A DNA stretch of 32,000 bases from Archaeoglobus fulgidus DSM 4304 (GTDB lineage: Archaea > Halobacteriota > Archaeoglobi > Archaeoglobales > Archaeoglobaceae), in NCBI RefSeq assembly GCF_000008665.1, contig NC_000917.1:570001-602000 (forward strand), given 5' to 3'. A model generated the notes under the pieces. That model did not search any database and was not told where the DNA came from. It worked only from the letters and a program-made list of their open reading frames with translations. Positions 15,192 through 25,040 of the stretch are shown here, piece after piece (position 1 is the first letter of the stretch; each line of letters starts with the position of its first letter). The position numbers and the translations under genes are program-made.

Positions 15192-16996
15192 GCGGAAAGC
15201 ACAGGGAAATAAGCGTAGCTGAGTTCTTCGAGAAAAACAAGCATATTCTGGGCTACTCAAATCCGGCAAAGGCGATTATCACCGTTGTTAAAGAGGCTGT
15301 GGATAACGCCCTCGATGCGTGTGAGGAAGCGGGAATTCTGCCAGACATCTTTGTTAGAATTTCGAAGGTTGATGACCATTTCAAAATCGTCGTTGAGGAC
15401 AACGGTCCCGGCATTCCCAGGGAGCAGATTCCCAAGGTTTTCGGAAAGCTGCTTTACGGCTCCAGGTTCCACGAAATAAGGCAGAGCAGGGGTCAGCAGG
15501 GAATCGGAATTTCCGCAGCCGTTCTCTACGCCCAGCTTACGACGGGGAAGCCCGCGACGGTCATCTCGAAAACGCCCGATGAGGATAGGGCGAAGAAGGT
15601 GGTTCTCTACATCAACACAAAGAAGAACGAGCCGGAGATCGTTGAGGAGGGCGAAGAAGAGTGGTACCTGCCAAGCGGCACAAAAATCGAGCTTGAAGTT
15701 GCAGGCAACTACGTCAGAGAGAGGAAGCAAAGCGTCTACGAGTACCTGAGGGAAACCTCAGTTATAAACCCGCACGCAAAGATTACCTTTGTTGAGCCCG
15801 ACGGTACGATAAACGAGTTCAAGAGGGTGACGGACGATATCCCGCAACCACCGAAGTCCATCAAGCCCCATCCGCACGGAATAGAGCTCGGAACGCTGAT
15901 GAGCATGCTGAAGTCAACCAGAGCGACGACGTTGAGGAGGTTTTTAAAGGAAGAGTTCGTGAGGGTTGGCGAAAAGATTGCCGACGACGTTTTGAGAAAG
16001 GCGGGGTTCAGCGGTGATGAAACACCGCAGGAAATGGGGAGGGATGACGCTGCCAAGCTGCTCAACGCCTTTCGACAGACCGACTTTCTTCCTCCACCTA
16101 CGGACTGCCTCTCTCCAATAGGGGAGGCAATGATCGCAAAAAGCCTGATGGCCGAGTTCCAGCCAGAGTTCGTGTACGCTGTAACAAGAAAACCGAAGGT
16201 TTACTCCGGCCATCCGTTCCTCGTGGAGGTTGGACTTGCCTACGGTGGCGAGATAAAGTCGGAGAAGGTCACGCTTTTAAGGTACGCGAACAAGATACCC
16301 CTTCTCTACCAGCAGGGTGGCTGTGCTTTAACCAAAGCGGTTGAAAGCGTCAACTGGAAGTCCTACGGGATGGTCCAGAACAGGGGCGAGCTTCCGTCCG
16401 CTCCTGCAGTCATTCTCATACATTTGGCGTCAACAAACATCCCCTACACCTCTGAATCGAAGGAGAGCGTTGCTGCTATTCCCGAAATAATAGATGAAAC
16501 CCGCCTCGCACTGCAGGAAGTGGGAAGGAGGTTGAAAGAGTACCTCGAGAGAAAGAGCAGGCAGCAAAAGAAAAAGAAAAAGGAGGAGATGATCGGAAAA
16601 GTATTACCTCTGATAGCGAAAAAGGTCTGCGAGATTCTTGAGAAGGAGCCTCTTGAAATAGACAGAATCGTCGCGAGGATAATGGGCTACCTCCACGTTG
16701 AGAGGATCGTGGAGGAAAGGGACGGTGTCAAGGTGGTGACAATAAGGGTATCCAACTTCACGCGCTCAAAGAAGAGCATAAAGCTCTACGAGATGTGCTC
16801 AGGGAATGTAGAGGCGGACGGAGCCAAGGTTTCCGGATCGGGTTACTCCACGGTTACGTGGAGCTTAGAAGTGAAGCCGGATGAAGAAGTAGAGGTGAGC
16901 TACAGGCTTAAAGGAAGGATAATCAACAAGAATCCGCTTGTTGAAGGGGTCGAGGAGGACCTGCTAAGCGGCGCAGAGGTCATGAATTTTGCTTAA
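15188..16996 (+). CDS. top6B: DNA topoisomerase VI subunit B
   Basis: 602-aa ORF with GHKL/Bergerat ATPase motifs (VKEAVDNALDA, VEDNGPGI, SRGQQGIGIS) followed by transducer-domain-like sequence. Confidence 0.95.
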   Translation: MSGKHREISVAEFFEKNKHILGYSNPAKAIITVVKEAVDNALDACEEAGILPDIFVRISKVDDHFKIVVEDNGPGIPREQIPKVFGKLLYGSRFHEIRQSRGQQGIGISAAVLYAQLTTGKPATVISKTPDEDRAKKVVLYINTKKNEPEIVEEGEEEWYLPSGTKIELEVAGNYVRERKQSVYEYLRETSVINPHAKITFVEPDGTINEFKRVTDDIPQPPKSIKPHPHGIELGTLMSMLKSTRATTLRRFLKEEFVRVGEKIADDVLRKAGFSGDETPQEMGRDDAAKLLNAFRQTDFLPPPTDCLSPIGEAMIAKSLMAEFQPEFVYAVTRKPKVYSGHPFLVEVGLAYGGEIKSEKVTLLRYANKIPLLYQQGGCALTKAVESVNWKSYGMVQNRGELPSAPAVILIHLASTNIPYTSESKESVAAIPEIIDETRLALQEVGRRLKEYLERKSRQQKKKKKEEMIGKVLPLIAKKVCEILEKEPLEIDRIVARIMGYLHVERIVEERDGVKVVTIRVSNFTRSKKSIKLYEMCSGNVEADGAKVSGSGYSTVTWSLEVKPDEEVEVSYRLKGRIINKNPLVEGVEEDLLSGAEVMNFA

Positions 16997-17273
16997 CAAT
17001 GTCGAGAATGTCTTTGATAACTTTCAGAGCTTTTATCCCCTTTTCGGTAAGCTCGTACCTGCCTTCGCTTTTGTTCACCAACCCAAGCTCGATAAGAGCC
17101 TTTAAACTGCGATCCACGATTCCGGGGTTGAGCCTCGTTTCTTCCATGATTTGGGAGAACTTTTTTGGCCTTTTTTCAAGGGAAAATATCACGAGATTAA
17201 CACCGCTCTTCGACACAACCTTCAGAAACTCTTCAAGTTTTGTTAAGTCAGTCTCGTCTCCTTGCTCCACCAA
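16980..17273 (-). CDS. Winged-helix transcriptional regulator (small, ArsR/HxlR-like)
   Basis: 97-aa ORF: NLVIFSLEKRPKKFSQIMEETRLNPGIVDRSLKALIELGLVNKSEGRYELTEKG. It is convergent with top6B and overlaps it by 17 nt. Confidence 0.72.
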   Translation of the reverse strand: MVEQGDETDLTKLEEFLKVVSKSGVNLVIFSLEKRPKKFSQIMEETRLNPGIVDRSLKALIELGLVNKSEGRYELTEKGIKALKVIKDILDIVKQNS

Positions 17274-17376
17274 TACTTGTTTTCTCTTAGCATATTAAAA
17301 ACCTTTACCGTGTTTGTGACATTCAACTACAAAACAACAAAGCTTAAAAGGCCTCCAGCCACTAAGCTCAAAATGT

Positions 17377-18777
17377 ATGAAATTTGACGTCATAATTGTA
17401 GGGGCAGGACCTGGAGGGATGTTCGCCGCTTACAAGCTTGCAGGAAAGCTTAACACCGCCATTTTTGAAATGGGGAGGGATATTTCAAAAAGGAAGTGCC
17501 CGAGCGACCTTTCCGAGAGTTACTGCACGAAGTGTAATCCCTGCAACATAACCTCCGGAGTAGGGGGAGCGGGTGGTCTGTCGGATGGGAAGCTCAACTA
17601 CGTCCACCCTGAGTATCCCTCAAGCTTCTCCGTCGGCGGCGATTTCGACTTTCTCGACCCCAACTACCTCATCGAGAAAATGAATGAGGTTGATGAGATC
17701 TTTCTCAAACACGGTGCGCCAGATGAGCTTTACGGCGACGACCTTGAAAAAATTGAAGATTTTCTTAAGAGGGCCAACGCCGCCGGAATCGAGTTCGTTC
17801 CCCTGAGGCAGAGGCACGTGGGGAGTGACGAGCTGCCCAAGGTTGTGAAAAGCATCGAGGACAAGTTGAAGAAGGAAGGTGTGAAGATTTACACCAGAAA
17901 AACCGTGGTTGACATAGACCCTGAGAGAAAGGTTGTGAGAACCGAAAAGGGCGAGGAGTTCGGTTACGACTATCTCATCATAGCTGTTGGCAGGAGCGGA
18001 GCGAGCTGGCTTGAAAAGTGGGCAAGAGATTACAACCTCGAGGTGGCGGAGAACTCCAAGGCCATAGACGTTGGCGTCAGAGTTGAGGTGCCCGCGTCGA
18101 TCATGGACGACATAACCTCGGCAATCTACGACCCGAAGCTGAGGGTTATCACGAAAAGGCATGACGACTACATGAGGACCTTCTGCACATGCCCGAGGGG
18201 ATGGGTGATTAGGGAAGATTACGGTGATTTCTGCCTCGTTAACGGACACAGCAAGGCCAAGGAAAAGAGCAGCAACACGAACTTTGCTCTGCTGGGCCAC
18301 TATGAGTTTACCGAACCGTTCGACGAGCCAAACGAGTGGGGAAGGGATTTGGCGAGGATAACAACAAAGCTCGGAGGGGGAAATCCAATAGTCCAGAGGC
18401 TGAAGGACTTGAGGCTCGGAAGGAGGAGCACAGAGAGCAGGATAAAGAACAACAGGCTCGTTCAGCCAACACTGAAAACAGCAATCCCCGGAGACATCAG
18501 CCTCGCCTATCCGGGAAGGGCAATTGACGATATCCTCGATGCTCTTGAGAGGTTGGACAAGGTGATTCCAGGCGTTGCCGACGACTCCACGCTTCTCTAC
18601 GCCCCCGAGGTGAAATTTTACTCTCTGAAGCTTAAAGTTGACGAGTGGATGAAGACGAACATACCCTACATCTACGCAATCGGCGACGGGGCGGGGGTTA
18701 GCAGAGGCATTGTTGGTGCTGCAGTTACAGGGCTGATTGCTGCAGAGGGCATACTCAGGGAAAGAGGGATGGAGTGA
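17377..18777 (+). CDS. FAD-dependent dehydrogenase (COG2509-like)
   Basis: 466-aa ORF with an N-terminal FAD fold (DVIIVGAGPGGMFAA), a Cys cluster (CPSDLSESYCTKCNPC) and a C-terminal GDGAG motif. Confidence 0.8.
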   Translation: MKFDVIIVGAGPGGMFAAYKLAGKLNTAIFEMGRDISKRKCPSDLSESYCTKCNPCNITSGVGGAGGLSDGKLNYVHPEYPSSFSVGGDFDFLDPNYLIEKMNEVDEIFLKHGAPDELYGDDLEKIEDFLKRANAAGIEFVPLRQRHVGSDELPKVVKSIEDKLKKEGVKIYTRKTVVDIDPERKVVRTEKGEEFGYDYLIIAVGRSGASWLEKWARDYNLEVAENSKAIDVGVRVEVPASIMDDITSAIYDPKLRVITKRHDDYMRTFCTCPRGWVIREDYGDFCLVNGHSKAKEKSSNTNFALLGHYEFTEPFDEPNEWGRDLARITTKLGGGNPIVQRLKDLRLGRRSTESRIKNNRLVQPTLKTAIPGDISLAYPGRAIDDILDALERLDKVIPGVADDSTLLYAPEVKFYSLKLKVDEWMKTNIPYIYAIGDGAGVSRGIVGAAVTGLIAAEGILRERGME

Positions 18778-20055
18778 ATGAGGTTCTGGGACATAAGAAG
18801 AGTTGAAAATGTCTCCCTGAACCTCCAGCTTGAGAATGGCAAACTGGAAAAGCCGAGATACAACAAATCGACCTCCAAAGGATTTAGAGTTCTCAAGAAC
18901 GGATTCTGGGGGATTTTCGAGGGTAATGTCGCCGACGATGAAGGTTTAAGGCAGGCAGAGAAAAACGCCTTCACTCAGGGCGATGGAGATATAGAGGAGA
19001 TCGCAACAAAAGGGCGCTACAGAATGAGGGTTAAGAGGGACCCGCAGGACATGTCCATCGAGGAGAAGGTGGAGCTGCTGAAAGACCTCGAAAAAATTAT
19101 CAGAGACGTCTGCGTAAGCACGAAATTGGTCTACTTTGAGAACAGAAGAGTGCTGCAATACAGGGACTCATGCGGGTCGGAAGTTGAGTACGAGGTTTTG
19201 AGAACGGGAGTCTCCATAATGGGTGTGGGAAAGGGGAGAAGCCTGCAGTTTCTTTCAAAAAGGCAGATGAGGGTCGGCGGTTACGAGGTTTTAGACGGCG
19301 TCGATGAAAAAGCCTACGAAATCGTTGAGGTTCTTCCGAAACTCGTAAACGCCTTAGCTCCGCCCTCAGGCGAGATGAGCGTTGTTATGGACTCAAGCCT
19401 GGCTGGAGTGTTCGTCCACGAGGCATTCGGACATGCGGTTGAGGCCGACCACGTCCTTCAGGGAGCAACGGTGCTCAAGGGAAGGCTGAACGAAAAGGTA
19501 GCAGATGAGAGCGTTACTATAATCGACGACCCAACTCTTCCCGAATTTGGCTTCTTCCCCTTCGATGATGAAGGTGTTAGGGCAGAGAAAAAGGTTATTG
19601 TCGAGGACGGGGTTCTGAAAAGCTTCCTGCACAGCAGAGAGACGGCAAAGAAGCTTGGCGGTGTTGCGGGAAACGCGAGAAGCCAGGGTGTTGACGTACC
19701 AATCGTCAGGATGAGCAACACGTACATTGATACCCATCACTACAGCTTCGATGAGCTTTTGGAGGAGTGCAGAGATGGAGTTTACCTTGTGGGCTCGAGG
19801 GGTGGAGAAACCAATCCCGCAACGGGCTACTTCCACTTCAACGCCCAGTACGGCTACCTCATTAAGAATGGGGAGCTGGCTGAGATGGTCAGGGACGTTT
19901 CCCTGTCCGGAAACACTCTTGAAATACTGAGAAACGTGAAAATCGGCAGGGAGATTGAGTTCGACCCCGGATTCTGCGGCAAGGCGGGACAGCTCGTTCC
20001 CGTCTCCGACGGTTCTCCCCCTGTTTTGTGCAGAGCGACGGTTGGTGGGGCCTGA
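18778..20055 (+). CDS. tldD: TldD-family metalloprotease
   Basis: 425-aa ORF with the HExxxH motif (HEAFGHAVE) and a GxC-containing C-terminus. Its ATG immediately follows the upstream TGA. Confidence 0.88.
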   Translation: MRFWDIRRVENVSLNLQLENGKLEKPRYNKSTSKGFRVLKNGFWGIFEGNVADDEGLRQAEKNAFTQGDGDIEEIATKGRYRMRVKRDPQDMSIEEKVELLKDLEKIIRDVCVSTKLVYFENRRVLQYRDSCGSEVEYEVLRTGVSIMGVGKGRSLQFLSKRQMRVGGYEVLDGVDEKAYEIVEVLPKLVNALAPPSGEMSVVMDSSLAGVFVHEAFGHAVEADHVLQGATVLKGRLNEKVADESVTIIDDPTLPEFGFFPFDDEGVRAEKKVIVEDGVLKSFLHSRETAKKLGGVAGNARSQGVDVPIVRMSNTYIDTHHYSFDELLEECRDGVYLVGSRGGETNPATGYFHFNAQYGYLIKNGELAEMVRDVSLSGNTLEILRNVKIGREIEFDPGFCGKAGQLVPVSDGSPPVLCRATVGGA

Positions 20056-21230
20056 TGGAGTGGGAGGTTTTCGAGTACAGAACAAAAGGTATAATGGCAG
20101 AAATCGAGGCGGGAAGGCTCAAGATTGTCAGCTCCTACGTTGACAAAAGCTTCTCCGCAAGAGTGATTTTGAAAGGGAGAGTTGGTTTTGCATCCGCTTC
20201 GACGAGGGATGAGGCACTTTCTCTGGCGGAAAAAATCGCCAGAATCTCTGAAGATGAGCTTGAAGACTTCCCGAATGAAAAGCCTGCAAGTGTTAAGGGA
20301 ATCTACGACAAAAGAGTGGAGGAGGCGGATTCGGAGCTTATTATGGAGGAATTTGAGAGGTTGAGGAGTGCCGTAGAAAAAGCGAACATAGCTTCAGCTA
20401 CCATTGAGCATGCGGTGGAGGAGGTCAGAATAACCAACTCCTTTGGCCTCGATAGCCGTGAAAAGTCAACCTCGTCGTCCATGATAGTGGAGGCTGTTTT
20501 TGAGGGGGGAAGCGCTTACGAAGTTTGCGGGAGCAGAAGCATTGAGCTTGACATAGAGGGGGCTGCGAAGAAGGCCGAGGAGCTTGCAGTTGATTCGGCT
20601 AAAGCAATCAAAATTGAGGGTGGCACCTATGATGTCATTCTCCAGCCAATCGCTGTCCACCAGCTGCTCTCCAATACACTCTATCCCTCCCTCTCCGCCG
20701 AGAACGTCGAAAAGGGAAGGAGTGTAATCAGGCTCGGTGATGAGTTTGGAAGAATAACGGTTATCGATGACCCGACTGTTGAGGGGGGCTTAATGAGCTG
20801 CGGATTTGACGATGAAGGGGTTTCCGCAAGAAAGACGTTTCTTATAGACAACGGTGTTGTTAGAAGCTACTACACCGATTGGAAGCACTCCAAAAAGTAC
20901 GGTGTGACTGGAAACGGATTCAGACTCGAGGAGAGCAGCTTTCCGGCACCAATGGTCAGCAACGTTGTTCTGGAGGTTGATGACGCTGATGACGACAACT
21001 GCCTTACAATCCACTCCTTAATCGGCTCCCACACCGCAAACCCCGTTAGCGGTGATTTCAGTCTGGAATGTAACAACGCCTACTTTGGGGAGAAGGCCGT
21101 TAAGGGGGCAATGATTTACGGAAACGTGTTTGAATTGCTTAAAAAAGTTGAAGGGGGCTTAGGTGAGCTAAGACAGATTGAAAACACAGTAACGAAGTCA
21201 CTGCGCTTTAGAAGCGTGAGGGTCATCTGA
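20055..21230 (+). CDS. pmbA: PmbA/TldE-family protein (non-catalytic partner of TldD)
   Basis: It is homologous in layout to the preceding gene but lacks HExxxH. I prefer the ATG at 20055, which overlaps the tldD TGA (TGATG), over the upstream GTG at 20028 in the track. Confidence 0.85.
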   Translation: MEWEVFEYRTKGIMAEIEAGRLKIVSSYVDKSFSARVILKGRVGFASASTRDEALSLAEKIARISEDELEDFPNEKPASVKGIYDKRVEEADSELIMEEFERLRSAVEKANIASATIEHAVEEVRITNSFGLDSREKSTSSSMIVEAVFEGGSAYEVCGSRSIELDIEGAAKKAEELAVDSAKAIKIEGGTYDVILQPIAVHQLLSNTLYPSLSAENVEKGRSVIRLGDEFGRITVIDDPTVEGGLMSCGFDDEGVSARKTFLIDNGVVRSYYTDWKHSKKYGVTGNGFRLEESSFPAPMVSNVVLEVDDADDDNCLTIHSLIGSHTANPVSGDFSLECNNAYFGEKAVKGAMIYGNVFELLKKVEGGLGELRQIENTVTKSLRFRSVRVI

Positions 21231-21660
21231 GCATGTTCGTGATGAATATCGCAACGAACAGCAGGAAAACCAATGCTATTATCAGCAAAAGCACGTCTCT
21301 TGCCAGTCTTCCAAGCTTCAGCTTCTGCTCCCTTTCCATTACCTGAAAGTCGAGCGATTTGCTGCTGCTCTCGTATCCTGCCTTCCCCTTAAACCTCACC
21401 TCCAGCTTGTGCCTCCCCTTGTAGGGTGCGGGAAAGGCAAAGGTGAACATGCCATACTCGTTCGTTTCGGCCTTTCCAACTTCTCTGCCGTCCACATAAA
21501 TGGTGACCTGAGCCCTTTCGAGGGGAATCCAGGATTTTTTCTCCTCGTCATAGTAGGTCAACCACCCCTCAACAGTAACAATTTCGTCCTCTGCTGGGGC
21601 TGCATCAAGGAAGTGCGCCGAAATTCTCGTTTTACGGGATGACAAATTTGAAGAAGACAT
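21223..21660 (-). CDS. Hypothetical tail-anchored protein with beta-rich (CarboxypepD_reg/Ig-like?) domain
   Basis: 145-aa ORF with no N-terminal signal peptide and a single C-terminal TM helix (VLLLIIALVFLLFVAIFITNML) preceded by basic residues. The central pattern VTIYVDGREVGKAETNEYGMFTF is beta-sandwich-like. It overlaps the upstream gene by 29 nt. Confidence 0.6.
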   Translation of the reverse strand: MSSSNLSSRKTRISAHFLDAAPAEDEIVTVEGWLTYYDEEKKSWIPLERAQVTIYVDGREVGKAETNEYGMFTFAFPAPYKGRHKLEVRFKGKAGYESSSKSLDFQVMEREQKLKLGRLARDVLLLIIALVFLLFVAIFITNMLR

Positions 21661-23476
21661 ACACTACCACCACCAAAATGAAAATGTGCTTCAAACCTGC
21701 CTCAATCCTTCCCTCCCCCATTTGGCCAGCCATTATGCCGGAGAAGAGGGCAACGAGCAACGAAGTTTGCATGAACGTGTCCTTAACAGCCCCAATGTCT
21801 ATCTTTGAAGTGAACTGCGTAACCTCCACGGATGCAAAAACCGTGAGCATGTTCTGAATCAGGATGTAGGCAGTGTAGAGGAAAACGGCGAATGCAAGAT
21901 AGATTATGATGGTGTACATACTCATCTGGGCCTTTATCCTGTCTCTTACCTCCACTTCCAGCTCCGAGTACATAGATGCTGTGTTCAGGGCATCTCTGAT
22001 GCTCGGTGTTGACTCAATTGCCTTCACAAGCAAAGTTATGGCCTTCGCCACAATCTGGCTCCTGACTCTGCTCTCGATTTTTTCCAGGGCGGAGGTAATC
22101 AGCTCACCCCACTCAACCTCCCTCTTGATCTTCCTTATCTCCCTCCCCAGGACTCCGAGCTCGCTCTCCGAGAGGTGTCTCAGCGCCTCAACTACGTTCA
22201 ACCCTGCCTCGTTAAGGGAGGCGAGTTGCTTCATGAACTCTGGAAGCTCCTTCTCCATTTTAGTGAGCAATCTATTCTTGTACTCGATGAACAGAATTGA
22301 TGGAAGAATCACCATCGAAAGAGTGACGAAAATGAGCAGGTCTAAGTCCACCTTGCCGTAAAGATAAATGAAAACGGCAACAGCAGGCACGATGAGGTAG
22401 AAAGAGAGAGCGCGGAGCGTGAGGAGGTAAGGCTCCTCGGTAAAAGGCCTCTTCAGGAAGTTCAGAACTTTTTTTAGCCTCATCCTCCAAACGTAAATCT
22501 TGAATCCCGGTTCTCTGTCAGCGATCCTGAAGTAGATGTCCCTATCCCCCCTCTTTTTGTGCTCTGCAAAGCCCACGGGCTCACTTGGCATGGAGGACTT
22601 TATCAGCCACATGAGGAGGAGCGAGCCGAGAGGTATCATGGCAAACAAAACAATCTTGAACGTCTGCATCGCGCCTGAACCAACCATCTGGAAAACAACG
22701 AGGACTATGAGGAAGAAAAGCGGGGCGACGATGAAGAGGGCAAGGTATATCTCAGCGTATACCTGAAGGGTCTCAAAGAACAAAGTGTAGTAAGTCTCCC
22801 TTTCTGTGAGCAGCTGCTCGGACTTCGCACGGAGGTACTCCACAACATCTCCTCCACCCTCATAGACGTTGATGAAGTTCTCCAGGAACACCTTCAGCTT
22901 TTCCGATGGTGTTGTATCCGCAACGTACTTCATCGCCGTTATCATGTCGTACCCAAATATCTCCACAAGAGTGACTATTTTGTCGAATTCCCGGCTTATT
23001 TCGCCAAAAATTTCCCTGTTCTCCGCAACAAACCGAAATATCGAAATGAGAGGTACACCACCTTTCGCCATTCCCAGCATCATGTTCACAGCATGGGGTA
23101 GGGATGAGTCTATCTTGCCCCTTCTCACGTTGGTGATGTAGAAGGGATACGAGAGAATCAGGTACCTCGTGAAGCCGAAGGCGAGAACTGCGAAGCCCGT
23201 AATTAGAGCGAGTTCGAACTGCCAGTAGGGGATGACTGTGTTCCTTATGATTAAGGGTCCTCCGGGATTTATCACCTCCGAGACGAGAAAGCCGAGAAGA
23301 ATGCCCGGAATAACGGAGAGAAGGGGGTAAAATAGGGCGATGGAGAGCAGTTCCGGCACCGTCATCCTCAGCCTCGCGCTTTCTATCGCTGAAGACAGCT
23401 CCGAGTAGCTTCCCGGTCTTCGGATGTATCTTTTCCTGTAAAATCTCCTCAGCGCCAATGGAGTGTAGAGGCTCAT
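21632..23476 (-). CDS. Type IV filament platform membrane protein, FlaJ/TadC (T2SS-F) family
   Basis: 614-aa polytopic ORF with two cytoplasmic helical T2SF-like modules. Its start overlaps the ATPase stop (ATGA at 23473-23476). Confidence 0.82.
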   Translation of the reverse strand: MSLYTPLALRRFYRKRYIRRPGSYSELSSAIESARLRMTVPELLSIALFYPLLSVIPGILLGFLVSEVINPGGPLIIRNTVIPYWQFELALITGFAVLAFGFTRYLILSYPFYITNVRRGKIDSSLPHAVNMMLGMAKGGVPLISIFRFVAENREIFGEISREFDKIVTLVEIFGYDMITAMKYVADTTPSEKLKVFLENFINVYEGGGDVVEYLRAKSEQLLTERETYYTLFFETLQVYAEIYLALFIVAPLFFLIVLVVFQMVGSGAMQTFKIVLFAMIPLGSLLLMWLIKSSMPSEPVGFAEHKKRGDRDIYFRIADREPGFKIYVWRMRLKKVLNFLKRPFTEEPYLLTLRALSFYLIVPAVAVFIYLYGKVDLDLLIFVTLSMVILPSILFIEYKNRLLTKMEKELPEFMKQLASLNEAGLNVVEALRHLSESELGVLGREIRKIKREVEWGELITSALEKIESRVRSQIVAKAITLLVKAIESTPSIRDALNTASMYSELEVEVRDRIKAQMSMYTIIIYLAFAVFLYTAYILIQNMLTVFASVEVTQFTSKIDIGAVKDTFMQTSLLVALFSGIMAGQMGEGRIEAGLKHIFILVVVVYVFFKFVIP

Positions 23477-25008
23477 AGGCCTTCCTCCATTTTCGTCATA
23501 GCAAGCTCAGGATTGCGATAGTAGGCGTGGATATATCTCGTAACCTCTTTGTAGTTTCTGATTCCCCTTTTCAGCATGAGTTCAAGGTACCTCTTTCTGC
23601 TCAGCATTTCATCGTAAACCTCCTGAACGCTGACACCTAAGAAATCGGCCATCTTTTCAAGCTTCTTAGGCATGCTAACCTCAATGTGCTTATCCTCCTT
23701 AGGGTCCCACTTAACAAACTGGTTCACCAGAAGGTTTTTGTCAACAGGGTCTATGCCGAGGATTTCGTTAACCTCCTTCGTCCTCCTTAGCCTTGTGTTT
23801 CCCCTCACCCACATCGTCTGCACGAGAGCGATATCGAGGAACTGAAGCATGCTTCTCGGCACCTTAAGCGGCTCAGATTCGAGTCTGTAAACCATCTGGT
23901 TGATATCTCCGGCATGGAGTGTGGAGTAGCTCGCGTGGCCGGTAGACATAGCCTGGAAGAGCGTTTGTGCCTCCCTTCCTCTAACCTCACCCACAATGAT
24001 GTAGTCGGGTCTCTGCCTTAGCGCAGCCCTCAGAAGGTCGTACATGTCTATTTCTCCCTCACCCATTCCCGTCCTCGTAACCTCTGCGATCCAGTTTTCG
24101 TGGTAGAGCTTTATCTCTCTCGTATCCTCGATGGAGACGACCTTTGCATCCGGGGGAATGAACATCATAATGGCGTTTAGCGTGGTCGTCTTTCCGCTCG
24201 CAGTCTCTCCCACAACGATTGCGGAGAACTTGTGCTCTATCGCCAGCCAGAGGTAGGCGAGAACTCCTGAAGGAACTGTTCCCTTTTCTATCAAATCTAT
24301 GGGTGTGAGCGGTTCAATCGTGAACTTCCTTATCGTAAAACTTGAACCCCGAGGCGTTACTTCGGTGCCAAAGGTCGCCTGCAACCTGCTCCCGTCGGGA
24401 AGCGTGGCATCAACAATCGGATTTGCTATTGAAATGTGCTTCCCGCTTCTCTGCGTCAGCCTCAGAACCATCCTGTCAAGCTTTTCCTGATCAAGAACGA
24501 TGTTCGTCTCCACATTTCCGTACTTCTGGTGGTATATGAAAATTGGAATGTTGTAGCCATCACACGAGATATCCTCAACATTGGTGTCCTCCATCAAGGG
24601 GTCTATCAAACCGTAACCGAAAAAGTCGCGGAAAAGGTAGTAAAGCATTCTCGAGTAGAAGTTGTCAGTAAAACTCACAGCGTACTCCTTGGAGAGCTTT
24701 TCAATCGCTCTGACAAGCACTTCTGCTCTCTCTTCCAGATCAACAGAGACGTCCTGCAGAACCAAAATTTTCTTCAGGTCATCGTAAAGGGCGGAGATTA
24801 CTTCCGCCTCCTCGGAGCTTACAGTCGGTTCGAGAGCGTAATAGACGTTTCTGAACTCATCCTCGTTTTCAACAATTATGGCCTTTGTGAATGGTTCCTG
24901 TATCCAGTACTCTTCCACGATCCTGCTACCGCTACCGAACTCTGGTGTCTCAAGCAAGTCCTCACTCCTGATGTGCCTTCTAAGTATATCGTAGTGGTTT
25001 TTTGCCAT
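23473..25008 (-). CDS. Type IV filament assembly ATPase, FlaI/PilB/VirB11 superfamily
   Basis: 511-aa ORF with Walker A (GETASGKTT), Walker B-like (DYIIVGEVRG), Asp-box (SIEDTREI) and His-box (GHASYSTLHA) motifs. Confidence 0.9.
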   Translation of the reverse strand: MAKNHYDILRRHIRSEDLLETPEFGSGSRIVEEYWIQEPFTKAIIVENEDEFRNVYYALEPTVSSEEAEVISALYDDLKKILVLQDVSVDLEERAEVLVRAIEKLSKEYAVSFTDNFYSRMLYYLFRDFFGYGLIDPLMEDTNVEDISCDGYNIPIFIYHQKYGNVETNIVLDQEKLDRMVLRLTQRSGKHISIANPIVDATLPDGSRLQATFGTEVTPRGSSFTIRKFTIEPLTPIDLIEKGTVPSGVLAYLWLAIEHKFSAIVVGETASGKTTTLNAIMMFIPPDAKVVSIEDTREIKLYHENWIAEVTRTGMGEGEIDMYDLLRAALRQRPDYIIVGEVRGREAQTLFQAMSTGHASYSTLHAGDINQMVYRLESEPLKVPRSMLQFLDIALVQTMWVRGNTRLRRTKEVNEILGIDPVDKNLLVNQFVKWDPKEDKHIEVSMPKKLEKMADFLGVSVQEVYDEMLSRKRYLELMLKRGIRNYKEVTRYIHAYYRNPELAMTKMEEGL

Positions 25009-25020
25009 TGACTAAATGTT

Positions 25021-25040
25021 ATATTTCCCAAAATATATGC
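25021..25040 (-). promoter_or_regulatory. Candidate TATA region for the FlaI-like operon
   Basis: An AT-rich palindromic stretch, ATATTTCCCAAAATATATGC, lies 13-32 nt upstream of the ATG at 25008. It sits in the 45-nt gap after the mazG-like stop. Confidence 0.3.

Noticed and set aside
16561-16590. A-rich run GCAGCAAAAGAAAAAGAAAAAGGAGGAG inside top6B as a possible slippery or frameshift site
   Set aside because: The reading frame continues uninterrupted (QQKKKKKEEM). It is simply a lysine-rich linker.
17620-18300. 226-aa minus-strand ORF
   Set aside because: It is antisense to the FAD dehydrogenase gene. It is a shadow ORF.
19393-20085. 230-aa minus-strand ORF
   Set aside because: It is antisense to tldD, which carries the HExxxH motif. 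It is a shadow ORF.
24436-25011. 191-aa plus-strand ORF
   Set aside because: It is antisense to the N-terminal half of the FlaI-like ATPase. It is a shadow ORF.
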